DNA from: Octopus vulgaris
Lineage: Eukaryota
Length of the DNA stretch: 64,000 nt
Assembly: GCA_951406725.2 (NCBI GenBank)
Contig: OX597833.1
Coordinates: forward strand, 56,916,001 to 56,980,000
Reading direction: 5' to 3'
Shown: one piece after another, positions 41,181 through 53,527 of the stretch
How the letters are laid out: each line of letters begins with the position of its first letter
Position numbering within the stretch: position 1 is the stretch's first letter
Program-made: the position numbers and the translations under genes
The notes under the pieces: generated by a model
What the model saw: only the letters and a program-made list of their open reading frames with translations
Database searches by the model: none
Told to the model about the DNA's origin: nothing

Positions 41181-42274
41181 CAATAAATTTTTAACAAAAT
41201 CTTATATGCACCCTGGCTGAGAGCCACTGCATTAAAGCATGTAATATCTTTACATTTAGGACCCGAAGTGGTGTTTTTTTCTTTTAGACAAATTTTGGGG
41301 GCTGTGTGGGAGCTCTTGTATGCCATCAAATACGATACAGCATATTAGAAACCATTGCAACTTAGATGCGATCGGAATTGTATTAGAAGACAATCTGTTC
41401 TAAATCGGTATTGACAACATGCCTTAAAATGGTTCGATCATTTCCAGAAACAACTGAAGTCGTAGCTAAATTAAATTGAGTAAATAAGTAAAGAATTTAC
41501 CACTAATTACTTGAAACACCAGAATGAAAATATATCAGCCTTGGATCTCCAGTGTGCTCATTGAAGGAAAGAAGAGGTGAATGAAATGGTCGAATGGATA
41601 ATACATTAAATATTATCGCATTTCATAGTGTTGGAAACAAGAAACCCTATTTTACATACTTGACTTCTCTTTGGCACCCGATTTTCCGGGAAGAAATTCA
41701 ATAAGGCTGATCAAGCAAGTGTTGATACCTCTGATCACAAGAAGTCAAACAATTCGGCTCTTTTGCCCCTGAAGTTTACAAACCGAGTGAGTGAATCCAT
41801 ACATTTCACTGTGGCCGATCTTAACATGTGTTGCAAAAATTTCGTTTGTGTACAAATTAACGAAGAACAACGACGAGGGAAAATAATTGACCAGCAAACT
41901 GATAATGGAAATTCAACTTTTCAGAATCTATGCTTTAAAGTATTGATTTAAAATTTAAGCACAGGGGCATGCATTTTTGCGGAGAAGGAAATGATCGATT
42001 AGCGCGACCGACCCCGGCGCTTGATTGGTACTTATTTTATCGACCTCGAATGTAAATCGCAGGATGTGCAATATCCATTCCAAGATAAATAAATTAGTAT
42101 ATTTGGTCAGTTTAAATAACTTGATATGTTATATAATGCCAAGGACCTATACTCCTTTAAGTGATGTTTGCATCCTAGTTCTCCGGTTTTTACAAGTGTT
42201 CAGTGAAAAACTAAATACGTTAGTTTTGCATTGATGGATATTGGTATTTAAAATATTTATGAATGAGAAAAAAG

Positions 42275-42660
42275 AAGAAAATTAAGAAATTGACAAATAG
42301 ACATCAGTTTATTCAAAGTCATTCAAATCAATAAAATATGGAATTCTTATCCCTACAGCCGTTTCCATAGCCAATTAATTCAATTAGAGAAATTAAAATA
42401 AATTAAAATGTTCATATTGAAACTGAGTATTTCATCAGGGGAGAATTTTCCAGAAAGGAGCTACATTCTAACGTGTTGGTCGACCCTTGACAGACTCAGA
42501 TGTGTGCTTTGGAATGTAACACGCTGGAATGTAACTCCTTTCTCGAATGTAACTTCTTTCTATAGAAACTGCTGTAGGGATGAGAATTTCATATTATTCC
42601 AATTTGAATATCTTTGAATAAATTGATATCTATATTTCAATTTCTCCATTTTCTTAATTT

Positions 42661-42664
<4 letters not shown>
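42275..42664. mobile_element. Penelope-like element remnant with ~95-bp inverted pseudo-LTR ends
   Basis: 42275-42370 is an imperfect inverted repeat of 42560-42664. Both arms carry GAAAC-NGCT-GTAGGGAT. Confidence 0.55.
42350..42442 (-). ncRNA. Minimal type I hammerhead ribozyme motif (Penelope-type)
   Basis: Minus strand reads UCCC-CUGAUGA-[66-nt imperfect stem II]-GAAA-C-GGCU-G-UA-GGGA. Stem I is UCCC/GGGA, the stem III segment ACGGCUGU is self-complementary, and the cleavage triplet is GUA. Confidence 0.6.
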
Positions 42665-42714
<50 letters not shown>

Positions 42715-42725
42715 TACTGGTGAAA

Positions 42726-42808
42726 GCCGGTTTCTAGGGTTAGTCTGGGTTTCTCGCTATAAACGTATCTTTTATGGCGAGAAACCCAGGGTAACTCTAG
42801 AAACCGGC
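42726..42808 (+). repeat. 38-bp stem hairpin, 7-nt loop (pre-miRNA-sized)
   Basis: GCCGGTTTCTAGGGTTAGTCTGGGTTTCTCGCTATAAA / TTTATGGCGAGAAACCCAGGGTAACTCTAGAAACCGGC: three G-U pairs and one G-G mismatch on the + strand. Confidence 0.9.
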
Positions 42809-42859
42809 GTGCTTCTCCGAATTTGTTTTTCTAAAAAAAAAAGAAGATTATATATATAT

Positions 42860-43024
42860 GGAGTGGCTGTGTGGTAAGTAGCTTGCTAACCAACCACATG
42901 GTTCCGGGTTCAGTCCCACTGCGTGGCATCTTGGGCAAGTGTCTTCTGCTATAGCCCCGGGCCGACCAATGCTTTGTGAGTGGATTTGGTAGACGGAAAC
43001 TAAAAGAAGCCTGTCGTATATATG

Positions 43025-43055
<31 letters not shown>

Positions 43056-43246
43056 CTGTGTTTGTCCCCCTAGCATTGCTTGACAACCGATGCTGGTGTG
43101 TTTACGTCCCGTTACTTAGCGGTTCGGCAAAAGAGACCGATAGAATAAGTACTGGGCTTACAAAGAATAAGTCCCGGGGTCGATTTGCTCGACTAAAGGC
43201 GGTGCTCCAGCATGGCCGCAGTCAAATGACTGAAACAAGTAAAAGA

Positions 43247-43248
<2 letters not shown>
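42860..43248 (+). mobile_element. Family A CORE-type SINE
   Basis: Full-length copy. Confidence 0.88.
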
Positions 43249-43308
<60 letters not shown>

Positions 43309-44226
43309 AACTGTATAGATATCTTGAAAGAAACGTTGAAGAAAAGAGCGAGGAAGACTTTATTTGAATGGAAACCTATTAACGACTGCATTTTCCGCCG
43401 TGAGATTCCAATTCTGTTATGTAATAACAGAACAAATTTAGCCATGAAGTTAGGTGAAGAAGAATGAATTTAACAACAACCAATTCCAGAAGAACATTAT
43501 TCAAATTTTCCCCCCGCAACGTAAAACGACATCAACGCTCGATTAATAATCACATTTGGGAAATTGCAAATTTCAATTTTTAAGTCCGGAGAATAACCGA
43601 TTAAACTAACGCTAATGATGTATATTGTTAAATGAATATTTAATTCTTAAACCACTGATTACTACTGTAGGCGTAGACGAAGCTATTATATGATTATTTT
43701 AAAAGAAAAGACTAATGCAAATTCTATAACTTTCTCTAAGCTCAGAGGGAGATCCAGTTTTAAAAAGCTCTCGGAACATTCTTTAACAATACCTGCTCCT
43801 ATTTTCTACAACTATAGGCTTTACCTACTCATTTATTTACAGCTAAGTAAACAGGGCTAATTTTAGAGTAAATTTATTGACAGCAAGTTTGAATATTTAC
43901 GATATAATCTATAAAAAAATAATAACCAAATCTATGTGTAAATGCAAAATGCTTAGCGGCATTTAGTCCATCTTTACGTTCTGAGTTGAAATTCCGCCGA
44001 GGTTGACTTTGCCTTTCATCCTTTTGAGGTTGACAAAACAAGTTACCAGTCGAGCATTGGAGTTGATGTAATCGACTCATCCCTGCTCCGAAATTGATGG
44101 CCTTGTGCCAATATATGAGTAAATGTTTAAGGCGGACGTTCGGAAAAGCTGTCACGAATAAAATGGAATTTCTTTTTTTGTTTCAGAACTTTTCGACAGT
44201 TTATAGTATCCCACATTGCAAAACAT

Positions 44227-44535
44227 GGATCTTTTCGGGGAAGGGTATCTTTTTTTTTTTACAAATGTAAATAAACCCAATCTGTTTCTTAAACGAGGGA
44301 CATATTCATACGGCACAGAATGTTTTCACCTCAATAGACGTCATTGATTGGTTGAAATTGCAGAAATTGAAGGAAAAAAACAACAAATATCTTACAAACT
44401 ATAGAATTTTCTCAACAAAGCCAAGAGAAAAAGATGTTTTATAAACACATTCTACCAGTATACGAAGTTAAACATTTTTTAGTTACTCCTTGTGGAAATT
44501 ATTTTTAAAAACTGCCGTTCAAACCGAAAAGATCT
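44227..44535. mobile_element. Merlin-like MITE (internally deleted)
   Basis: GGATCTTTTCGG...CCGAAAAGATCT; 8-bp TSD CAAAACAT. Confidence 0.75.
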
Positions 44536-45286
44536 CAAAACATTTATAAATCGCGTTTTATTTTTTTAATACTTTCAAATCCGTCTTCTTCAAATGTTTC
44601 ACCATTTCTTATTCGCCCGCCATGTTTGAATATGAATGTGTGAACATAAATGAGATTCAGGCATTCTTCATCAATTTCCATCGTCTGTTCGCCGGTCAAT
44701 TTTTTTCTTTGCTATTTCTCTTGGTAATTCGTTGAATTGTCTAGGAAGTGGTTTTTGGAAACACGCGTTAGGATCGGCAACAATAAAATATAGGCATGCA
44801 TTTACATGCTTATGTAATAAACTTACACACACACACAAAGACAACCACATTCTACATCATTTTTTAAAGCTCACTCCCCACTCAAAACTTTTGACTTTTA
44901 TTCCCATTATGAACAAGTTCTCGAAGGAAGGGCATGGCTACTGACTGCTTTTTTTTTTTTTTTCGTCACTGAACGAAGTGGGTTCTGTTTAAAATATTAA
45001 CTATATTCCATTCCCAGATAAGACATGTTTAATGGAAGATTTATAGGGAATGAGGGAAATGTTACCAGCATGTTTCAGAAGTGATATCAAACAGGTTCGA
45101 AAACAGAAGACAAAGATGTTTAAATCAGGTTATCACTAGTACATCAGACTTGTATAGTTGTGCTACTGTTTTGTCTTTTAGTAGGTTTGTCAAACTAGAT
45201 GTTTAGTAGAACTCTATTGAAGAACAACAAACACATCGTGGATATGGGAAAAAGTTAAAATACTTTTAGTCAATCATAACGAAAAG

Positions 45287-45575
45287 AACGTGTGGCCTAG
45301 TGGTTAGAGCAGCGGACTCGCGGTCGAGGGATCGTGGGTTCGAATCTCAGGCCGGACGATGTGTGTGTTTATGAGTGAAAACACCTAAGCCCCTCGTGGC
45401 TCCGGCAGAAGGTAATGGCGAAACTTCTGCTGACTCTTTCGCCACAACTTTCTCTCACTCTTTCCTCCTGCATCTTGCAGCTCACCGGCGTCCCGTCCAG
45501 GTGGGAGACCTATACACCCAGGAAACCGGGAAACCGACCCTTATGAGCCAGGCGTGGCTCGAGAAGGAACAAAGA
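45287..45575 (+). mobile_element. tRNA-derived SINE with V-domain-like core
   Basis: Head TGGCCTAGTGGTTAGAGC...GGTTCGAATCTC; GGCGTCCCGTCCAGG motif. Confidence 0.65.
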
Positions 45576-45989
45576 ACGAAGCTTCGTTTTCTTTAAATGC
45601 AGATTTAGGTGTGGAGCGAATAGGCTTTAAAAACGAAGCCAAAACTGGAACACATGCGAAAACTTAGACTACATCTGGAATAGGCAATCCTACCATTGTC
45701 AATAAAGAAAAAGCTAAAACAAAAAACAATTTTTAAGCGATTTACAAGTATTTTCCAATGTGGGATACAATAAAATATCGAAGAATTCCCTTCCCCCAGA
45801 CACATTCCATTCCATTCGTGACAATTATTCCGAAAGTCGGTCAAAGCTCTACTTTATACACAATTCTGTAGAGAATTTCATGAAGGTCGAACTAATAAAT
45901 AGTTGTTTTGGTGACCAGGAGTTACACTATATATTAAGCGAATTCATGAAAATCGAGGCATGCATTCACATGCTTATGTAATAAACTTA

Positions 45990-46333
45990 CACACAGACAC
46001 AGACACAACTACACACACGCACACGCACACACATACACACACACACAAAGACAACCACACACACACAAAGACAACCACACGCACACACACACAAAGACAC
46101 ACACACACACACACCACACGCACACACATACACACACACACAAAGACAACCACACACACACACACACACACAAAGACAACCACACACGCACACACATACA
46201 CACACACAAAGACAACCACACACACACACACACACAAAGACAACCACACACACACACAAACACAACCACAACCACACACACACACACACACACACAAAGA
46301 CAACCACACACACACACACACAAAGACAACCAC
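45990..46333. repeat. (CA)n-derived minisatellite (CA)nAAGACAAC
   Basis: Expanded version of the single unit at 44827-44850. Confidence 0.9.
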
Positions 46334-46453
46334 ATTCTACTTCATTTTTTTAAAGCTCATTCCCCAACCTGACTTAAATATCTTCTGTCTTCTGTTTTCG
46401 AACTTGTTTGATATCACTTCTTGAGACATGCTGCCAACATTTCCCTCATCTCT

Positions 46454-46482
46454 CTATAAATCTTCCATTAAACATGTCTTAT
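46454..46482 (-). CDS. Candidate terminal coding exon of the Sp17-like gene (NKTCLMEDL*)
   Basis: Acceptor atattccattcccag| is phase-1 compatible with the 47295 donor. Alternative candidates exist at 48302-48262 and 44740-44712. Confidence 0.25.
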
Positions 46483-46497
46483 CTGGGAATGGAATAT

Positions 46498-47053
46498 TCG
46501 GGGTCGATTAAATAAGTTTCAAATTCCGCCGAGGTCGACTTTGCCTTTCATCCTTTTTTTTTGGGGGGGGGTCGATTAAATAAGTACCAGTTACGCACTG
46601 GGGTCGATGTAATCGACTTAATCCATTTGTCTGTCCTTGTTTAGCCCCTTGTGGGTAGTGGATGGAAGCACTCCGTCGGTTACGACGACGAGGGTTCCGG
46701 TTGATCCGAATCAACGGAACAGCCTGCTCGTGAAATTAACGTGTAAGTGGCTGAGCACTCCACAGACACGTGTACCCTTAACGTAGTTCTCGGGGATATT
46801 CAGCATGACAGAGAGAGTGACAAGGCCGGCCCCTTGAAATACAGGTACAACAGAAACAGGAAGTAAGAGTGAGAGAAAGTTGTGGTGAAAGAGTACAGCA
46901 GGGATCACCACGATCCCCTTTAGGTGTTTTTCGCTCAATAAACACTCACAACGCCCGATCTGGGAATCGAAACCGCGATCCCATGACCGCGAGTCCGCTG
47001 CCCTAACCACTGGGTCTCTGCGCCTCCTGTGGGTAGTAAAGAAATAGGAATAT
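46498..47053. mobile_element. Family B SINE (+) with a family H-type SINE (-, 46664-47026) nested in it
   Basis: Inner TSD TGTGGGTAGT; outer TSD GGAATAT. Confidence 0.8.
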
Positions 47054-47294
47054 AGTTAATATTTTAAACAGAACCCACTTCGTTCAGTGACGCAAAAAGT
47101 CTTGAAAATCTGGTTTCGTCACCAACTGTTAGAAACTGTCCCCAAGAACAATTCAAACTAACAAAAATATGCACCCCGAAAACAAAAAGATACTTTTTAA
47201 CCTCATTCTTCCGCCAGCCATGGCCATTTTTTCTGGCCATTTATCAAATATTTGCCAAATCTTATAAGATAGTTCCATAAACAAAGCTACTTAC

Positions 47295-47420
47295 TGCTTT
47301 TTGCAGTTTTATATGCTTCCAGCTTGAATTGAGTGCTAAAGTCCGGCAAAATGACGAACCCTGGCATCATCCGAAACCTCATTCTTATGTCAGCTTCTGT
47401 CTTCGACAGACTTTTCAGCT
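47295..47420 (-). CDS. Candidate second coding exon of the Sp17-like gene
   Basis: 126-nt phase 1-1 exon with acceptor catatcgaag| and strong donor GCA|gtaagt. In frame with the RIIa exon it gives (E)LKSLSKTEADIRMRFRMMPGFVILPDFSTQFKLEAYKTAKS. The I-x-x-R-F-x5-F spacing parallels V-E-D-R-F-Y-N-N-H-A-F of Sp17. Confidence 0.5.
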
Positions 47421-47459
47421 CTTCGATATGGATGAGTAAATATGGAGGCATCGTAACAT

Positions 47460-47518
47460 GTATGTGTGTGTGTGTGTATGTATGCATGCGTGCATATATG
47501 TATACGTATGTATGTATC

Positions 47519-47550
<32 letters not shown>

Positions 47551-48005
47551 TGTATGTATGTATGTATGTATGTATGTACGTATGTATGTATGTTTGTATG
47601 TATGTATGTAGGTATGTATGTTATGTATGTATGTACGTACGTACGTACGTATGTATGTATGTATGTATGTACGTATGTATGTACGTATGTATGTACGTAT
47701 GTATGTATGTTTGTATGTATGTATGTATGTATGTATGTACGTACGTACGTATGTATGTATGTATGTATGTATGGATGGATGGATGGATGTATGTATGTAT
47801 GTACGTATGTATGTACGTATGTATGTATGTTTGTATGTATGTATGTTTGTATGTATGTATGTATGTATGTTTGTATGTATGTTTGTATGTATGTACGTAT
47901 GTATGTATGTTTGTATGTATGTATGTTTGTATGTACGTATGTATGTATATATGTATGTATGTATGTATCTATGTATGTATGTGTATGCATGGAAGTATGT
48001 ATGTT
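47460..48005. repeat. (TATG)n tetranucleotide microsatellite
   Basis: Direct inspection. Confidence 0.97.
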
Positions 48006-48472
48006 TGTGTGTCCGTCTGTATATATATAATGCACACAAAATGTAAATGAACTAGCAACCCAATAATTCTACATATATAAAATTTCTTTTTGAATTTCTT
48101 AGCCAAAATAACAAACATTGTTATTTTTATTTCTTTTTTCCCCGAATTACATATATATATTAGTATTCTCTTAAAATTGTTTTCACGATAAAATGATCAA
48201 ATTACTTATAAAATTCATCTAAAGAAAAAATGGCGGAGAAAGATTTAGCAGACGACCAAAATTAGTCAAACATAATTTCCTGTTTAGCCTCTCCCAGACT
48301 GCCTGGAAGAAACAGATGTATAAATTTACTTCCTAAATAAGTTGACAAAGATTTTTTAATGAAAGTTTTTTTAAATCGGAGATTTTAATTTATTTATTTT
48401 TATCTTGGGAATTTTTGATATATTACCGAACGATCGCCTTTTCAGTTTACAGTTGATACCGATGTCTGACAA

Positions 48473-48859
48473 TCTTTATATATAAAAGTGAAGTTGTGTG
48501 TCTGTCTCCTACGATTTAGATTCCTAACTACTCCCACATTTTGCGGTGCAGTTTAACCAAAACCGGGTATCTTATAGTCGTGATTCATATCGAGCCCTTC
48601 TAGGTATTAGCGCGCATCTACGATGAGTCTACGATTTTTTTTTAAAATTACCATAATTTTTTTCCATTTTAATGCATTTTTTCGCTATTATATAAGGGAA
48701 GTAACTCTCTAAAAATGTCTACGATGAGCCAACGATTTTTTAAAATATTTACCATAATTTTTTTTCCATTTTTAATGCATATTTTTGCTATAACTCTCTA
48801 AAAATGCTTATATAGTTATTTCCCTTACAAACCCGAGCAATGCCGGGCGATACTGCTAG
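48473..48859 (+). mobile_element. Non-autonomous Helitron
   Basis: A|TC start, subterminal hairpin CCCGAGCAATGCCGGG, CTAG|T end, no TSD. Confidence 0.85.
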
Positions 48860-49359
48860 TTTTATATAAATGTCATTTAAATTTGAGACCGAGTAATGAT
48901 CATCAAGGCATATCGTAGGTTGAAACAATGTAAACCCATTTCAATATCTTAATATTCTACGAGAAAAAAAATTCTATGAGAGCGAATTGGCCCGAGGCTA
49001 TAGTAGAAGACACTTGCCCAAGGTGCCACACAGTGGGACTGAACCCAGAATCATGTGGTTGGGAAGCAAGCTTCTTACCAGACAAAATATAACTGTTTCC
49101 GATTAAGGTACAAGGCCAGGAATTTTCAGGAGAGAGGGTTAATCGATACTATCGAGCCCAGTAACTGAGTGATACTTTATTTTATCGACCATGAAAGAAT
49201 AAAACACAAAACTGACATCAGTGGGATTTGAACGAAGATCGTAATATTCGGAACAAATAAAGTAAAGCATCTTTTAATTGGCGCTCTAAAAATTCTGCCA
49301 GCTCACTGCCCTTAAAAATAAAACTAATAAAAAATGTAAAAAAATCTTTTATATTTTAA

Positions 49360-49876
49360 CTAGCAGTATCGCCCGGCGTTGCTCGGGTTTGTAAGGGAAA
49401 TAACTATATAAGCATTTTTAGAGAGTTACTTCCTTTATAGATGCCAATTCGGGCTTTCTTAGCCATTTCTGTTTTGGTGTCTTCAAGCCATGAAGTCGTT
49501 GTTCTAAAAGAACGCTGGTCTCCTTGACAACGCATTACGACGTTGATTTCCTTACACTCCCTTCCCCACAGCTTCACGAGGGAAGGAAGATGGGGGAGAA
49601 GCAAACACGGGTGCAGGTGTTTGAGCGTGGACGCCAACTCCGCCGCCATCGACACACGAAAAATTATGCATTAAAATGGAATAAAAAATGATGTTAAATT
49701 ATTTTTAAAATCGTAGACTCATCGTAGACGCGCGCTAATAGCCAGATGGGCTCGATATTAATCACGACTATAAGATACCCGAATTTGGTTAAACTGCACC
49801 GCAAAATGTGGGAGGAGTTAGGAATCTAAATCGTAGGAGACAGACACTCACACAACTACAGTTTTATATATATAGA
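49360..49876 (-). mobile_element. Non-autonomous Helitron (same family, inverted)
   Basis: Reverse complement shares the TC start, body, hairpin and CTAG end; carries extra internal sequence. Confidence 0.85.
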
Positions 49877-50145
49877 TTTCTTTTTTACTAATAGTGATTT
49901 TAAATTTAGGCGCAAGGACTGACACTAGAAATGGAGAGGTAAATTAGAGAACTATATGCAGAGTGATTTCGTCTTAACATTCGGTTGCCATGCCACCAAC
50001 ACTGTTGGATAATTTTCGTCTGCTACTGATGTAGTTTTTATTTTTTAACACTGTACGTCTATAAGAGATACAATATCAGGGCAAATATCGAAGTTAATTA
50101 GGCTTCCACTGATGCAGCCGCTTTAAGCCTGATACATCGAATGTT

Positions 50146-50621
<476 letters not shown>

Positions 50622-51471
50622 GTAGTTGAAATTTACAGAAAAGCAAAAGACGAAGATAGGTGTATACACAACCAAACAGGTGTATTAGTTTGACACATAC
50701 ACACATACGCATGTATGCACTCACACACACAGACACACAAAAACACACATTTTCTACAACAATTCTACAATTGGAAACTCTATAGAAACCCGTCGAGTGG
50801 ATTGTACATGCAATTCAAAAGGTACAAGCGTTGCCATTCTGATTCTGCTTGCAAATTTACGTTAAGGGCATAACTTGCCCGTGAAAAGCTCAGCATTGAA
50901 ACCTAACTTTTTGAGCAGATACATTAATTCGATCAAACTACCGATTCCTCATCGTCAAATAACTGGTGTTGGTAGTGGTGGTGGATTATTTATTCAAACC
51001 TGAGATCTGGCAGAATTCGAACTCAGGACGCAATAGCTGAAGACACCTCCGAAAGGGGGGGGGGGCACGTCAAAACGGTAGAGGAGTAGGGGCCGAAACC
51101 GGACGTGGTTCCTCCGGATGATGTCTTGAGCTAACTGGATCCTATAAAGGAGCTGTTGTGGTAGCAGACCACGAAACACGGTTGTAATTTATTCAAACCT
51201 GATATATGGCAGAATTCGAACTCAGAACGCAAAAGTATTTTATCCTTATAACTCTACTAATTTTCGTCATCATCCTCAGCTAAAATTTTATAAATCAGAC
51301 GACGAAGTATCATCAGACTTTTGCGTCTTTTTATTTTATTTATTTATTCTTTTTTTAATTGATGAGTCATTAAAAATTGAAAAAGTTAGTTATGACGTCT
51401 GACCTAAGACGCAATAATGAAAGATGACGGACCGCAGCTTCAGAAAATTTTAGCCTTCTCATCAGAAACCA

Positions 51472-51513
51472 CTACACACACACACACAAACACACACACA
51501 AACACACACACAA

Positions 51514-51591
<78 letters not shown>

Positions 51592-51750
51592 GCATATATA
51601 TATGCATATATATATATATATATATATATATGCATATATATATATATGCATATATACATATATATATGTATATATATGTATATATATGCATATATGTGCA
51701 TATATATATATGCATATATATATATATGTATATATATGCATATATATATA

Positions 51751-51812
<62 letters not shown>

Positions 51813-51850
51813 TTTATTTACATATGTATGTATGTATGTATGTATGTATA
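51472..51850. repeat. Compound (CA)n/(TA)n microsatellite
   Basis: Direct inspection. Confidence 0.97.
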
Positions 51851-52801
51851 AACACTTTACTAATGATTGATTGTAAAACGAAACATTTTCAACACCAAGA
51901 AGAGAAAGACCAATTGCTATTTGATCCAAGTTCAGCTCTGATTGAGTAGACTTATGGACCAAAAGTGGCTCAGCCGTGACCACTCCGTCTCATATTCAAA
52001 CATGGTATACCCAATATTCTTCCTTTACCTACATTAGCAGAATGTGATTTAAGGGTCATTTATTTGACTGTTATGTCTAGTCTCCTGGACAAATTCTCAA
52101 ATTCTGGAGGCAGAGTGTTGGGAACAGCTAGTACTACATCATGGGAAAGAGAAAAGACATAGAAACGGGCTGGGGGTACATAGTTTGTTTTTTACTATTT
52201 CTGGGTCGCGAGGGGACATCGTTCTGGTTGCAGTCAATGTACATTATACAGTTTATAAACATATATAAAAAAAACATACATACATTACATACACACACAC
52301 ACACACACACATAAAGTGTTTAGTTACGTGGAAATTATTTTAAAAAACTGCCGTTCAAACCGAAAGGATTCAAATGGAGAATAATAGGTGGTTGGTTCAT
52401 CAACTTTTAGACACTATATTATGTTAACTTATTTATTTATTTACTAAACTGATAATTACAATAACATACATACATATAACATATAACATTATTCTTTACA
52501 TATAAGATATAAGATATCACGCTCGGACAACTTAGCTGGCCACACTTTTGGTGGAGGGAGGGTCGACAAAATAATACCAGTAATACTCGAAGGTATATTA
52601 CATAGGACAAACCATTACCACAGCGAAATTTAACATTATACTGAGTAGAAAAAATATTTTAAAAAAACAACTATTGAACGTGTATGAATATATTTTCCTG
52701 AAAGGGTTACGTAGATGCGTCGGGACCTCTGTATTTAAAAGTAGTACCGAATTTTTTTACTGGCGTTAAAGTTGTGACTTTGCAAGCTTGTTAGAATCCA
52801 T

Positions 52802-53403
52802 GGATCTTTTCGGTTTGAACGGCAGTTTTTTCTAGCGGTGTCATATGAAATTGTCACCCATAATTATGACCCTAGTATCGATCTATTGCATTTTAATCTC
52901 TTTTAGGGTTAGGGGTGGGGGGAAGGATATCTTTTTTTTTCTCCACAAATGTAAATAAACCCAATCTGTTTCTTAAACGAGGGACATATTCATACGGCAC
53001 AGAATGTTTTTTTTTTTTTTTTACCTCAATAGACGTCAGTGATTGGTTGAAATTGCAGAAATTGAAGAAAAAAAACCCCAACAAATATCTTACAAACTAT
53101 AGAATTTTCTCAATAAAGCCAAGAGAAAAAGATGTTTTATAAACACATTCTACCAGTATGCGAAGTTTAAAATTTTTTAATTACGTGGAAATTATTTTTA
53201 AAAAACTGCCGTTCAAACCGAAAAGATCCAGCTATCTTTATTTGCAATAATTTGTGAATATACAACTATATCCTATAATGGTTTATAATGTTTTATAAAC
53301 ACATTCTACCAGTATACGAAGTTTAAAAGGCAATCTTTCTTTAAAATTTTTTAGTTACGTGGAAATTATTTTTAAAAAACTGCCGTTCAAACAGAAAAGA
53401 TCC
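52802..53403. mobile_element. Merlin-like MITE with duplicated right end
   Basis: TIR GGATCTTTTCGGTTTGAACGGCAG with right ends at 53229 and 53403. The 8-bp TSD GAATCCAT flanks the outer ends. Confidence 0.8.
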
Positions 53404-53527
53404 GAATCCATTATTATATTTTTTTCAAATGTCGAACACATCAAAATATAAACATAAACACACACACACACACATACATTAAAAGTGAAACTTAAATAGG
53501 AATTAAATAAAATTAAAAAAGTCTTGC

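Noticed and set aside
45287-45360. tRNA gene
   Set aside because: A and B boxes are present, but there is no proper cloverleaf and it runs into a SINE body. The same applies to the other SINE heads.
53355-53527. C-terminal half of the 108-aa ORF as part of Sp17
   Set aside because: It is intron read-through into (TG)n and a MITE end.
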